A stretch of 64,000 nucleotides of DNA from Bacteroidota bacterium (GTDB taxonomy: Bacteria; Bacteroidota; Bacteroidia; Chitinophagales; LD1): NCBI GenBank assembly GCA_947478005.1, contig CANJVG010000005.1, positions 1,597 to 65,596 of the forward strand, given 5' to 3'. The notes beneath the pieces are model-generated. The model searched no databases. It saw only the letters and a program-made list of their open reading frames with translations, and was not told where the DNA came from. The stretch's first letter is position 1; every line of letters begins with the position of its first letter. Below are positions 17,373 through 25,994 of the stretch, piece after piece. The translations under genes and the position numbers were made by a program.

Positions 17373-19448
17373 TTATTTCTTCTTACCGGTAAAGCCGGGA
17401 CCTGTTTTTACTTCTTTTACTACCTCACCGGTGCTTTCAAATTCAGGAGCATCATCCGGCTTGTCAGTAATAATTTTAAACTCCACTCTTCTGTTTCTTG
17501 CTCTGCCTTCCGGATCATCTTCTCCTGTCGGCAATTCATTTGGAACAGCAGGCATTTTCTCACCGAAGGTCTTAACCACAATTCTGTCTTCGGTAATCTT
17601 CTTCTTCTTTATCAAGAAAGTCTTAACCTCATTAGCTCTTTTTACAGATAGTTTTTCGTTGTATTCGTCTGTTCCTTTCGTATCGGTATGTCCTTGAACT
17701 TCTACTGAATAAGCAGGGTGATCATTCAGCAATTTCACTACCGAATCAATTTGACCCTTGTAGAAATCAATTACGTTCGATTTGTCGAAGGCAAAGTAAA
17801 CATTCGGTATCTTGATATGGGTCTTGATAATAGGGTCTAAATAGAAGATTTGAGAAATAGTATCGCGCTCTTCATCTTCCGCTATTGTCAGATTATCGAT
17901 AGCCGGCCAGTAGCCTTCTTTGTTACCATTCAATTTGTAAGCAGTAGCTCTCTTTACAGGGAACACAAACGGAGCCGGTGTAGTAATGTTATTACCTACA
18001 AATTCAAAACTGTTGCCGTTTACTTTATATAAAGAACCGTCAACACCTAAAATAGGCGTGTTGCTTGCATCACCTCTCTTTACATAAAACCCTTTAAGGA
18101 ATACATCGCGTTGAACGATTACAGTCCATATATCATCGCAGCAGGTAGCACCACGAGATGAAGTAGTACCCGCACGGTTTGACACCATAAAGCCTTTAGC
18201 TGCTTTGTCATCTAAAGCCAAATACAAATCATCAGCCGAAGAGTTGATAGGAATTCCTGCATTTACAGCAGCACCCCAAGCACCCGGAGTTCCTGATATC
18301 TTGAAAACATCTAAACCTCCGATAGAAGGATGTCCGTTTGAAGAGAAGTAAAGAGTTTTGTTCTTCTTATCATAAAAAGGAGACAATTCATCACCCACTG
18401 AGTTTACTTCAGCACCTGCATTTTGCACAGCTCCAAAAGTTCCGTCAGCATTAACCAAAGCGTAGAAAAGGTCTAAACCGCCTTTTCCTTCTCTGTTCGA
18501 AGCAAAATAAAGAATAGGGTTGCCATCTTTATCAACTCCATAAGCAGGTTCAGTCGTAGTAAACCCTTCTAAATTCAATGACTTTAATTCTTCTGCATTA
18601 GTCCATTCAGCACCATTCTTGGTAGAGCGGTAAAGATTGCACTTCATCTTTACAATAGCCGACTGGTCGCACTTAGTATAGATGATTGTTTTTTCATCGG
18701 TAGTAAGAATAGCATTACCAGTATGAGCCTTAGGGTCATTCGGTGGGCTTAACATAACGGTGCGGTTGGAATAAGAAGATCCCGCTTTTTCTGCTGTAAA
18801 GATAGAAGAGTAGTAGTCAGCTGTGCTTGTTGAAAGGTTAACTGCTGTATCCGTTTTCTGAGAAGAGAAAAGGATTCTATTGCCGCTCAATGGTTTTGGA
18901 GAATAATCCTGAATGGCAGTGTTTACGGCTCCTTCTGTTTTTTCTACCTTAATTTTAGATGGTGATTTCAATAAAGCTAAAGCCGTGTCGCAACCTTCTA
19001 ATTCAATCTTAGCCAGGGTCTTGTAGTTAGCATCTCCCTTATCTAATTTAGAAACAAGATAAGCATTAAAGGTTTTCTTAGCTTCCTCGTATTTACCATT
19101 CATTTTCTGAGATTGAGCCAGATAGAATTGGTCGCTTGGATAAGCTTCTGCGTCCTTAGTCACTACCGCCTGAAAGTACTTTTCAGCCGATACGTAATCG
19201 CGCAGAGACATATTTACTTCTCCCAACAAGTGCGGGATGGCGATTTTCTCCGGCTTGTCTTTATAAGCATCTTCCAAATACTGAGCTGCATTGTAATAAC
19301 TGCCTTCGTTTATTTTTTTGCGGGCGATCTTTAATTTTTTACGCCATTTATATTTAGGATACTTCTCCACGTTCTTCAAACCTCCTTCAGTCTGGCTGAA
19401 AGATATAAGGGTAAGAGGAATCATCAACACTAATAAAAGATACTTCAT
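17373..19448 (-). CDS. OmpA-family protein with N-terminal TPR and TolB-like beta-propeller repeats (partner of PorP/SprF)
   Basis: The C-terminal OmpA_C motif is GHTDTKGTDEYNEKLSVKRANEV...NRRVEFKI. The N-terminal half has TPR-like and WD40-like (TolB) repeats. It lies immediately downstream of the porP/sprF-family gene. Confidence 0.85.
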   Translation of the reverse strand: MKYLLLVLMIPLTLISFSQTEGGLKNVEKYPKYKWRKKLKIARKKINEGSYYNAAQYLEDAYKDKPEKIAIPHLLGEVNMSLRDYVSAEKYFQAVVTKDAEAYPSDQFYLAQSQKMNGKYEEAKKTFNAYLVSKLDKGDANYKTLAKIELEGCDTALALLKSPSKIKVEKTEGAVNTAIQDYSPKPLSGNRILFSSQKTDTAVNLSTSTADYYSSIFTAEKAGSSYSNRTVMLSPPNDPKAHTGNAILTTDEKTIIYTKCDQSAIVKMKCNLYRSTKNGAEWTNAEELKSLNLEGFTTTEPAYGVDKDGNPILYFASNREGKGGLDLFYALVNADGTFGAVQNAGAEVNSVGDELSPFYDKKNKTLYFSSNGHPSIGGLDVFKISGTPGAWGAAVNAGIPINSSADDLYLALDDKAAKGFMVSNRAGTTSSRGATCCDDIWTVIVQRDVFLKGFYVKRGDASNTPILGVDGSLYKVNGNSFEFVGNNITTPAPFVFPVKRATAYKLNGNKEGYWPAIDNLTIAEDEERDTISQIFYLDPIIKTHIKIPNVYFAFDKSNVIDFYKGQIDSVVKLLNDHPAYSVEVQGHTDTKGTDEYNEKLSVKRANEVKTFLIKKKKITEDRIVVKTFGEKMPAVPNELPTGEDDPEGRARNRRVEFKIITDKPDDAPEFESTGEVVKEVKTGPGFTGKKK

Positions 19449-19502
19449 AATAGTTGCTTAGTTTACGTAAGGGTTATCGAAATTGTAATCGGAAATTGAA
19501 TT

Positions 19503-20582
19503 TTAGTAACGGGGATTGAACAAGTAGTTGTCTTCTTTTGGTACGAAGAGATTACCAATGTAGCTAAGGGTAATTTCAAAACCCTGCGGTAAGTTAGCAC
19601 CTTTACCGGTAACAGTTCCATTGTTTCCTACCTTGTCATATCCTTTATACTTCTGGCTTAAGTGCACATCGTATGCAAAGCCGGCACGGAATCCTTTCCA
19701 TTCAAATCCTATTTTAGGAATCATGGTATAGTTTCCTGTGTTTAAACGGTTCCACAATCCTAAGTAAAGAGTCGCACGTTTAGCAGGGTCTTGGATAACG
19801 TGTACTCCACCGGTTAAACCAAAGTTAACTTCATTTGCTTTCGCTTGTGACATATATAACACACCTGGGATAATCACTCCTTTGTCTTTAATATCAAATT
19901 CAAATCCACCATGAATGGTGTGGCGGAAAGGCAATTTGTAAGTTGGGCTATTGGTTAAGAAGTCCTGTTTGTAGTTAGTGGCATTGTTGAAGGCATAACC
20001 TAAGTAAACACGCATTCCTTTGTAGAAATCATACTTGGCAAAAAGACCGGCATTGAAAGCGCCTTTCATTTTTGTTCCGCTGCTATACGATTCAGGATTC
20101 AACTGAGCGTTGTAAGTCAAATCAGAGTTGTAGCTATCGGCAAAAGTAAACTTGCTGAAATCCAGTTTGTTCATTACCAAACCTCCTTGCAGACCTAATC
20201 CAATCTGGAACTGTGACTTAGCACCGAAACTCATGTTGTAGGCCAATGAAAGCAAAATCTGATTTTGGTTAAAGGTCTTTCCATTTTGCTGGTCATTCAC
20301 AAACACCAATCCTGCTCCTAATGCACCATGCTTAATTTTATCCTTCAACAAAGAAAAATCTATGCCAACCGAAGGAGTAGAGAAAGCAGGGCTGTTGCCT
20401 GTCAATCCCGGCCATTGGTTACGATAGATAAAACTAACACGGTAAAAACCGTTGAAGTTCCCTGTCATTGCCGGATTAAGCGTGAGTGGAGAAGAATAGA
20501 ATTGTGAAAAGTGAATGTCCTGTGCATTTACTGCCAGTATTCCCATTAAACAAACTAAAAGTGTGTAGAATCTAACTTTCAT
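19503..20582 (-). CDS. type IX secretion system membrane protein, PorP/SprF family
   Basis: Start reassigned to MKVRFYTLLVCLMGILAVNAQ. The family signature QDIHFSQFYSSPLTLNPAMTG is present, with beta-barrel-like alternating sequence to the end. Confidence 0.85.
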   Translation of the reverse strand: MKVRFYTLLVCLMGILAVNAQDIHFSQFYSSPLTLNPAMTGNFNGFYRVSFIYRNQWPGLTGNSPAFSTPSVGIDFSLLKDKIKHGALGAGLVFVNDQQNGKTFNQNQILLSLAYNMSFGAKSQFQIGLGLQGGLVMNKLDFSKFTFADSYNSDLTYNAQLNPESYSSGTKMKGAFNAGLFAKYDFYKGMRVYLGYAFNNATNYKQDFLTNSPTYKLPFRHTIHGGFEFDIKDKGVIIPGVLYMSQAKANEVNFGLTGGVHVIQDPAKRATLYLGLWNRLNTGNYTMIPKIGFEWKGFRAGFAYDVHLSQKYKGYDKVGNNGTVTGKGANLPQGFEITLSYIGNLFVPKEDNYLFNPRY

Positions 20583-20789
20583 CTGAATCGTTTTTTGTTT
20601 TAAAATTTTAGCCTTAGCGAGTCTTCCTAAATTACAAGGTTCAAAGAAAATAATTTTTGTGAAATCGTCACTAATTATCAAATATATGGGGAATGATTTT
20701 TTCAACAAAGCCCAAAATAAGTTGACAACTGAAGTTGTACCCCTTCAATTAGATGAAAGAACCAGTAAGTTTTGGTAACAAAATGATGT

Positions 20790-21392
20790 TTATTTCTTCC
20801 ATTTAATGCTGCATCCTATTGCTTTGGTAAACACAGGATTTACCGGTTTGCCGGCTAATAAATTATCTACGGCACTCGCTACATAGTTCTCTTTTACAGC
20901 CGTAGCATCATCGCTGTTGTCATCAATAGCGCCTATGTATTTAACTACTCTCATATCCTTTTCTTTTTGCAAAACGTAAACATGTGGAGTTGATTTAGCG
21001 CCATAAGCAGTAGCAATCGCCTGTGATTCGTCATGCAGGTAAGGGAAGGTGAATCCTTTTTCCTTAGCTCGTACTTTCATGCTTTCAAAATCATCCGAAG
21101 CGTGTTGTGCCGCATCGTTCGGGTTGATAGCAATAACAGGATACCCCAGCGGTTTATACTTTTTGTCAAGCAATATAATCCGGTCTTCATACTTTTTGCT
21201 GAAGGGGCAGTGGTTGCAGGTGAACACCACAATAAAACCTTTGGCTTCTTTAAAATCGGCCAGAGAGACCATTTTGTCATCTATGTTTTTCAGTTTAAAA
21301 TCAATAGCGCGGTCATCTACTTTATAACCACCTTCGGGTTTGAAGGAGGTAAAAAGAATAAAACTGAATGTGAGGATGAAAATGTTTTTCAT
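20790..21392 (-). CDS. thioredoxin-fold (redoxin/AhpC-TSA-like) protein
   Basis: Signal peptide, a FTCNHCPF CxxC-type motif and a thioredoxin-fold-like layout. Confidence 0.75.
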   Translation of the reverse strand: MKNIFILTFSFILFTSFKPEGGYKVDDRAIDFKLKNIDDKMVSLADFKEAKGFIVVFTCNHCPFSKKYEDRIILLDKKYKPLGYPVIAINPNDAAQHASDDFESMKVRAKEKGFTFPYLHDESQAIATAYGAKSTPHVYVLQKEKDMRVVKYIGAIDDNSDDATAVKENYVASAVDNLLAGKPVNPVFTKAIGCSIKWKK

Positions 21393-21394
21393 GT

Positions 21395-21871
21395 TTATTG
21401 GTTTTGGTTTTTAATAATTGAATCTAATTCTGTTTGTGTAAATTCTCCTTCGCGAAAGAAAACTTTTTTACCGTGTCTGTACATGATTGTGGCAGGAATC
21501 GAACCGCTCCACTCAGGTTCTATTTTATCAATCCAGCTATTCGGGTTGCCTGCGTTCAGTAAATAGCAGGTGGACTGCACTTTGTTCTTCTTCACAAAAT
21601 CACTGACCATGCTTTGCTCGCGGGCATAGTTTAAGCTCACAAAGATTAACTTGACTTTTTGAGTGGCAAAGGTTTTGGCTGCTTTTTCAAAGTAAGGCAT
21701 CTCTGCTACGCATGGTTTGCACCAGGTAGCCCAAAAGTTAACTACATACAAGGTGTCGTTCGTTTGATTCGCAGCTTTAGCCTGCAACTGTTCGAGTGTA
21801 ATAACTTCTACCTGTTGTGCATCGGCAGGAGAGGAGAAGAAAGCAAAAAGCAAGAACAGGAGTACACGCAT
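21395..21871 (-). CDS. TlpA-family thiol:disulfide oxidoreductase
   Basis: Start reassigned to MRVLLFLLFAFFSSPADAQ. The active site is FWATWCKPCVAEMP. Confidence 0.8.
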   Translation of the reverse strand: MRVLLFLLFAFFSSPADAQQVEVITLEQLQAKAANQTNDTLYVVNFWATWCKPCVAEMPYFEKAAKTFATQKVKLIFVSLNYAREQSMVSDFVKKNKVQSTCYLLNAGNPNSWIDKIEPEWSGSIPATIMYRHGKKVFFREGEFTQTELDSIIKNQNQ

Positions 21872-21986
21872 GATTTGGAAGATTAATCGTGGGTGTGGCA
21901 ATGATGAACAAAACTACCGAAAGAAAGAAACGGAACCGCGGTATTTCGTGGCTCTTAACAGGAATGATGAAAGGTCTTTTAAACGC

Positions 21987-22018
21987 GAAAGCCCTGTTCG
22001 TGATGAACAAGGGCTTTC
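21987..22018. terminator. stem-loop, likely terminator downstream of the 22105-22719 (-) gene
   Basis: GAAAGCCCTGTTC-GTGAT-GAACAAGGGCTTTC: a 13-bp stem. Confidence 0.6.
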
Positions 22019-22104
22019 ATTTTCGGGCAATGGTTCGCAACGAACCTGCACCGTACTGATTTTGAATCATGTTTTATACTTAGATTTTAATTCTATTAAG
22101 CTTC

Positions 22105-22719
22105 TCAACGGGCTATAATGGATACCGGTTCGCTGACAGTTCCTGCTTCCTCTCTGCCAAGAGCGGTGATTCTCACCCAGTACTTAGTGCCGGGAGCAAA
22201 TCCGCCATGCTCTTTTTGAGTCTTGGTCGTGAAGCCACGCTTGTCAATCGTAGAGAAATCAGCCAGCTTTGAAACTTCTACCATATACATCACTGCATCG
22301 GTAGCTTTATCCCATTCTGCTTTTATTCTTCCACTGGTTGTACCATCGTCTACGCGAAGATTATGCACCTCACCCGCTACAACGGGTTTAGGTGTTTTAG
22401 TTTTCGCTACATCAAAGCCGCTGGAGAGGATTTTTTCTCCATCTGCACCGGAAGCCTGCTGTACATATACCGAAAGCTGACCGATTAAGAAGAGCAACTC
22501 TTTTCTGCGTAATCGCATTTCTGCGGTCTTCACTTTATCGCGACCGCGCGAGGCATTATACGCATCTTCGAGATCGTCTGCTGCTTTATTCACATCTACC
22601 AGTGCCGGAACGGGAGTCACATAAAGTGCATTTCCGTCCATTTTTCCGGTGATGAGGCGTGTGCGCTCAATCTGTTCTGGAACATTTAAACCACTAAAGC
22701 CAATTTTTACTTTAGACAT
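22105..22719 (-). CDS. hypothetical protein with a C-terminal FN3-like beta domain
   Basis: 204 aa ORF with coding-like composition. The C-terminal part (VHNLRVDDGTTSGRIKAEWDKATDAVMYMVEVS...TKYWVRITALG) resembles a fibronectin type III repeat. Confidence 0.55.
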   Translation of the reverse strand: MSKVKIGFSGLNVPEQIERTRLITGKMDGNALYVTPVPALVDVNKAADDLEDAYNASRGRDKVKTAEMRLRRKELLFLIGQLSVYVQQASGADGEKILSSGFDVAKTKTPKPVVAGEVHNLRVDDGTTSGRIKAEWDKATDAVMYMVEVSKLADFSTIDKRGFTTKTQKEHGGFAPGTKYWVRITALGREEAGTVSEPVSIIAR

Positions 22720-22906
22720 AATATTATGTGTTGGTTTTAAAAGTTACGAAATAGTGCTGCCGAAACATTCCGGTAGCTGTCTTCAGTTTTTTCTGCCCGA
22801 GAGGACCTTCACCTCTGTGTTTTCCATAAGCCATCATTTTTGTGAAGGAATACATACTACTGCAGTTATTTTTTTAGAACGAATTTTGATTTTTGAAATT
22901 GCACAT

Positions 22907-23314
22907 TCAGAGAACTGTTTTTTTGCTGAAAAGAATAACAGCTACAGGAGGTGCTCTGGAATTATAAGCACCCGGCAGCAAAACAAAGAGCGGCTCCTGC
23001 CATCTTTGAATGCTGAGTATAAGGTAGTGCAGCACCTTGCGTTCATCGCCCCTGCACGCCTTATCCAAAGCGCTTATTAATTCCTTCTCCAATAATTCTA
23101 TAGCAGCCGGTGGCGGTGTATTACCGTCCTTGTGCAGCTTGCCTATTATATGCTTACCATGTGCTATCAGCCATCGGTCTTTGTAAACTGGGGCTAATGC
23201 TTGATTATCTTGAGTTGCTAACCGACCATGCGCTTCACGCGGGTGCTTTTGAGGGCGCTCTTCCTTTTGGGTAAGTCTTACATCATCGGGCAATATGTGA
23301 ACACGCGAATACAT
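22907..23314 (-). CDS. hypothetical protein (weak call)
   Basis: 135 aa ORF with no recognisable motif. It could be a gene remnant. Confidence 0.3.
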   Translation of the reverse strand: MYSRVHILPDDVRLTQKEERPQKHPREAHGRLATQDNQALAPVYKDRWLIAHGKHIIGKLHKDGNTPPPAAIELLEKELISALDKACRGDERKVLHYLILSIQRWQEPLFVLLPGAYNSRAPPVAVILFSKKTVL

Positions 23315-23523
23315 ACATCAGTTGTTATACTTCTGCCGCTGCGCTGTTTCTTTTTGTGTTTTAGGTTTTACTGCTTAAGGAGCGCAACCGGGAAGTTTTA
23401 TTTGAATTTAAAACGGAATTGATTTTATGATATTGCGGTTATTCAAAACTAAATTGTCATAGAATTGTCATTTTTTTATTGGGGCAAATATTTTGTAGCT
23501 TTGGGACAACAATTGTGTGAGGT

Positions 23524-24042
23524 ATGCCTTATGAATTCAAAGCTGAGTTGATTCCTGATGAACGAAAAGGGAAGGGTGTTACAAATATCTGTGTAGTAGT
23601 GCCCGCTAATTTAGCGCTGGAAATGAAGCACTACGACAAAAAGAAATCCTTCTATGTAAAGGGCCATCTGGACTATGTCAAATACGAAATGCTGCCGCTG
23701 GCTCCTGTGGGTGATGGTACTTTTCTGCTGCGCATACCACCCGCCTTGCGCAAAGAACTAAACAAGATAGCAGGCGACACGGTGAGCATAAGAATACAGA
23801 AGGACCGGAAGTATTATCCTATGAACTTTGAGTTCCGGCAACTGATTATAGAAGAAAGCCGCGATGCCTGGTTCTTTTATGCTTTGCTGCCTCCCGTGCA
23901 CCAACACTACTTTAATAAATGGATAGCCGAAGCAAAAACCGAAGATGATCGCGCTGAAAGAATGCTGCGCACACTCGAAGCCTTGAAAAACAAAGTACGG
24001 TTTACTAAAATGAAGAAGGGGAAGAAAGAATCGGACGTATGA
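23524..24042 (+). CDS. DUF1905 / YdeI (bacteriocin-protection)-family protein
   Basis: N-terminal DUF1905-like segment (...GDGTFLLRIPPALRKELNKIAGDTVSIRIQKD) and a C-terminal YdeI-like helix region (HQHYFNKWIAEAKTEDDRAERMLRTLEAL). Confidence 0.7.
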   Translation: MPYEFKAELIPDERKGKGVTNICVVVPANLALEMKHYDKKKSFYVKGHLDYVKYEMLPLAPVGDGTFLLRIPPALRKELNKIAGDTVSIRIQKDRKYYPMNFEFRQLIIEESRDAWFFYALLPPVHQHYFNKWIAEAKTEDDRAERMLRTLEALKNKVRFTKMKKGKKESDV

Positions 24043-24091
24043 CAGAATGTGGGGTAAGAGGCTGCTAACGGCAACTACCAACGCTTTCTAT

Positions 24092-24244
24092 CTATTTTGC
24101 AATTGGCGTTAACTTCGTTTTCTCTAAGTATGCTTTAAACTCTTCAAAGTTCATTCCCTTAATCTCTTTTGAGATTTTTGTTTTTATTTCTCTGAAAGTT
24201 TTTACTGTGTCAAAGTCCTTTTCAATTTTATTCTTCGTTTCCAT
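24092..24244 (-). CDS. 50-aa small ORF overlapping the PIN gene stop; candidate antitoxin/partner (absent from the ORF track because it is under 60 aa)
   Basis: My own translation gives METKNKIEKDFDTVKTFREIKTKISKEIKGMNFEEFKAYLEKTKLTPIAK*. Its ATG at 24244 lies 17 nt inside the 3' end of the PIN ORF, which suggests translational coupling. Confidence 0.45.
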   Translation of the reverse strand: METKNKIEKDFDTVKTFREIKTKISKEIKGMNFEEFKAYLEKTKLTPIAK

Positions 24245-24695
24245 AACCTACTATTTCTTTTGGTGAATGAATGTTCAAGGAAGGATAACCCAAGCGCAAA
24301 TTTACGGAATTATATCCGCGTATACGATATACGTTTACAATGTGCTTGAAGTTCCAACTAACCAGCAAATCAACTTTGCTCAAAGTTGCAACTGCAATGT
24401 GAATGCAATCGTCAAAACTTGTTTCGCCTACAACTTTTTCGGAAACATAGGTTTGTGCCAACTGTATTGCCTCGGGCGTAACTTCTATTTTTTCTTTCCA
24501 ATCGTTGTTAAGGGAGAGAAAAAAATCTTTTACCCTTTCTGGCGCGTTGCTCAATTCGCTCTCGGTTAAACCGGAGTAAACGCAAATTATCTGACCTAAC
24601 TTTACTTTCTCAAACAACAGTGTTGTTTCTAATTCAAATTCTGTGTCAAAGATGCCACCAATTACTGAAGTATCAATGTAAAATCGCTGTCTCAT
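24228..24695 (-). CDS. PIN-domain protein (VapC-like toxin nuclease)
   Basis: Start reassigned to MRQRFYIDTSVIGG (the first acidic residue sits in the YIDTS context). Further conserved acidic positions are in ...SELS..., ...FDDCIHIAVA... and ...LVSWNFKH. The 58 N-terminal residues in the track are antisense to the duplicated ydeI fragment. Confidence 0.7.
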   Translation of the reverse strand: MRQRFYIDTSVIGGIFDTEFELETTLLFEKVKLGQIICVYSGLTESELSNAPERVKDFFLSLNNDWKEKIEVTPEAIQLAQTYVSEKVVGETSFDDCIHIAVATLSKVDLLVSWNFKHIVNVYRIRGYNSVNLRLGYPSLNIHSPKEIVGYGNEE

Positions 24696-24726
24696 TAGAA
24701 CGAAGATAATACCTTCCTTTAAAACT

Positions 24727-24853
24727 ACCAGCACTACTTTAATAAATGGATAGCCGAAGCAAAAACCGAAGATGAGCGCGCAGAAAGAATGCTGCGCACA
24801 CTCGAAGCCTTGAAAAACAAAGTGCGGTTTACTAAAATGAAGAAGGGGAAATA
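24727..24853 (+). pseudogene. displaced duplicate of the 3' end of the ydeI-like gene
   Basis: 24727-24851 is near-identical to 23900-24024. It would encode ...HYFNKWIAEAKTEDERAERMLRTLEALKNKVRFTKMKKGK* with no 5' part. Confidence 0.8.
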
Positions 24854-24948
24854 AGGGCTTTGTAAACAAGCGTTAAATATTAGCTTGATAAAATAATACG
24901 GAAGGCCGGTCTGCGTTTGGAAAGCATTTTTAACCAAACCCTGACAGC

Positions 24949-25716
24949 ATGCTTCATTCTTCTGTTTTCTGGAAAAATCATTTCGAACACAATCTTACCA
25001 AACAACGTGTGGACTGGTCATTAAGACCTGCGATAAGCGCACACGAAAAACAAAACATTCTTTACTCCCTCAAGGCCTGGCAACTGGGCGAAACCAGCGA
25101 TGGCAGCCACCTGATGGCCGCAGCCAACAAATATGCAGGACGTATTAATGACCCTGTATATCCCGAAGCGGTGAAGCTGTTTATTACCGAAGAACAAAAG
25201 CACGGCAACAACCTTGGCAGATACATCGACCTGCTGGGCGAAACCCGATTGAAGAAAGATTGGGGCGATACCCTGTTTCGCAAAATACGTTACCTGAACA
25301 CCAGTATGGAACTGTGGACCATTACGGTAATAATAGTAGAAAGTGCTGCGCAGGTTTTTTATACCGCCCTGCACAATGCCACTGCCTGCCCGCTGCTGCG
25401 GCAAATCTGCACCGATATATTAATAGATGAAGCCCATCATCTTAAATTTCAAAACGAAAGGATGTACATTCTCTTTCAGCAGAAGAAGTTTTACAACAAA
25501 GCTATATCTATTGGCTTGTATGCTGTTTTGTTCTTTGCTACTATTCATGCCATTTGGTTCGCGCATGGCAAAGCCTTAAAAGCCGGTGGTGTGGCTAAAC
25601 CTGAGTTTATGAAGCAGATGTATTACCGCTTCTTTAAGAGTATGCAGTTTCTGCATGCGCCTCAACCGCAAGAGGCAACTGCTTTGCAGTATCCCGAAGC
25701 GAGAGTTTTGTTTTGA
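24949..25716 (+). CDS. ferritin-like / di-iron-carboxylate-like hypothetical protein
   Basis: Two ExxH motifs (ITEEQKHG and LIDEAHHL) in a helical protein. The assignment is tentative. Confidence 0.5.
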   Translation: MLHSSVFWKNHFEHNLTKQRVDWSLRPAISAHEKQNILYSLKAWQLGETSDGSHLMAAANKYAGRINDPVYPEAVKLFITEEQKHGNNLGRYIDLLGETRLKKDWGDTLFRKIRYLNTSMELWTITVIIVESAAQVFYTALHNATACPLLRQICTDILIDEAHHLKFQNERMYILFQQKKFYNKAISIGLYAVLFFATIHAIWFAHGKALKAGGVAKPEFMKQMYYRFFKSMQFLHAPQPQEATALQYPEARVLF

Positions 25717-25994
25717 GGAGGGTTTATTGATAACGTTTCGCAGCTCCCTAAAGGGCGGGACTTTTAGCACAAAACTTGATTTGAAAAACTAAACTTTCAC
25801 TAACCATAAAACTGTCTTTGGAAAATGAAACCCACCTTTAGGGTAGGTGCTGTTATCTCTTCGCTGTTTTTTTTCGGTCGTGGATTGTCTGTCCATTTTG
25901 TTTTGTCTTTGTGCGTTTGCGTGGGAGCTCTTTTATAATTTTTGCTCTGTGTGTTGCCTTGTGCGAATTGTAAATGTACTGCTAACTGCGCTGG

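Noticed and set aside
17335-17697. + ORFs of 120 and 99 aa overlapping the terminator and the 3' end of the ompA-family gene
   Set aside because: They are antisense to a motif-bearing OmpA_C domain and begin inside the terminator hairpin.
22649-23080. 143-aa + ORF spanning the gap between two minus-strand hypothetical genes
   Set aside because: It overlaps the starts and ends of both minus-strand ORFs and has no motifs. It is kept only as a possible sign that this region (22720-23420) is degraded sequence.
24696-24869. 58-aa N-terminal extension of the PIN ORF, and the 107-aa ORF at 23758-24081 (-)
   Set aside because: Both are antisense translations of the duplicated ydeI 3' segment, which explains their shared peptide LLHFSKP.FVFQGFECAQHSF.
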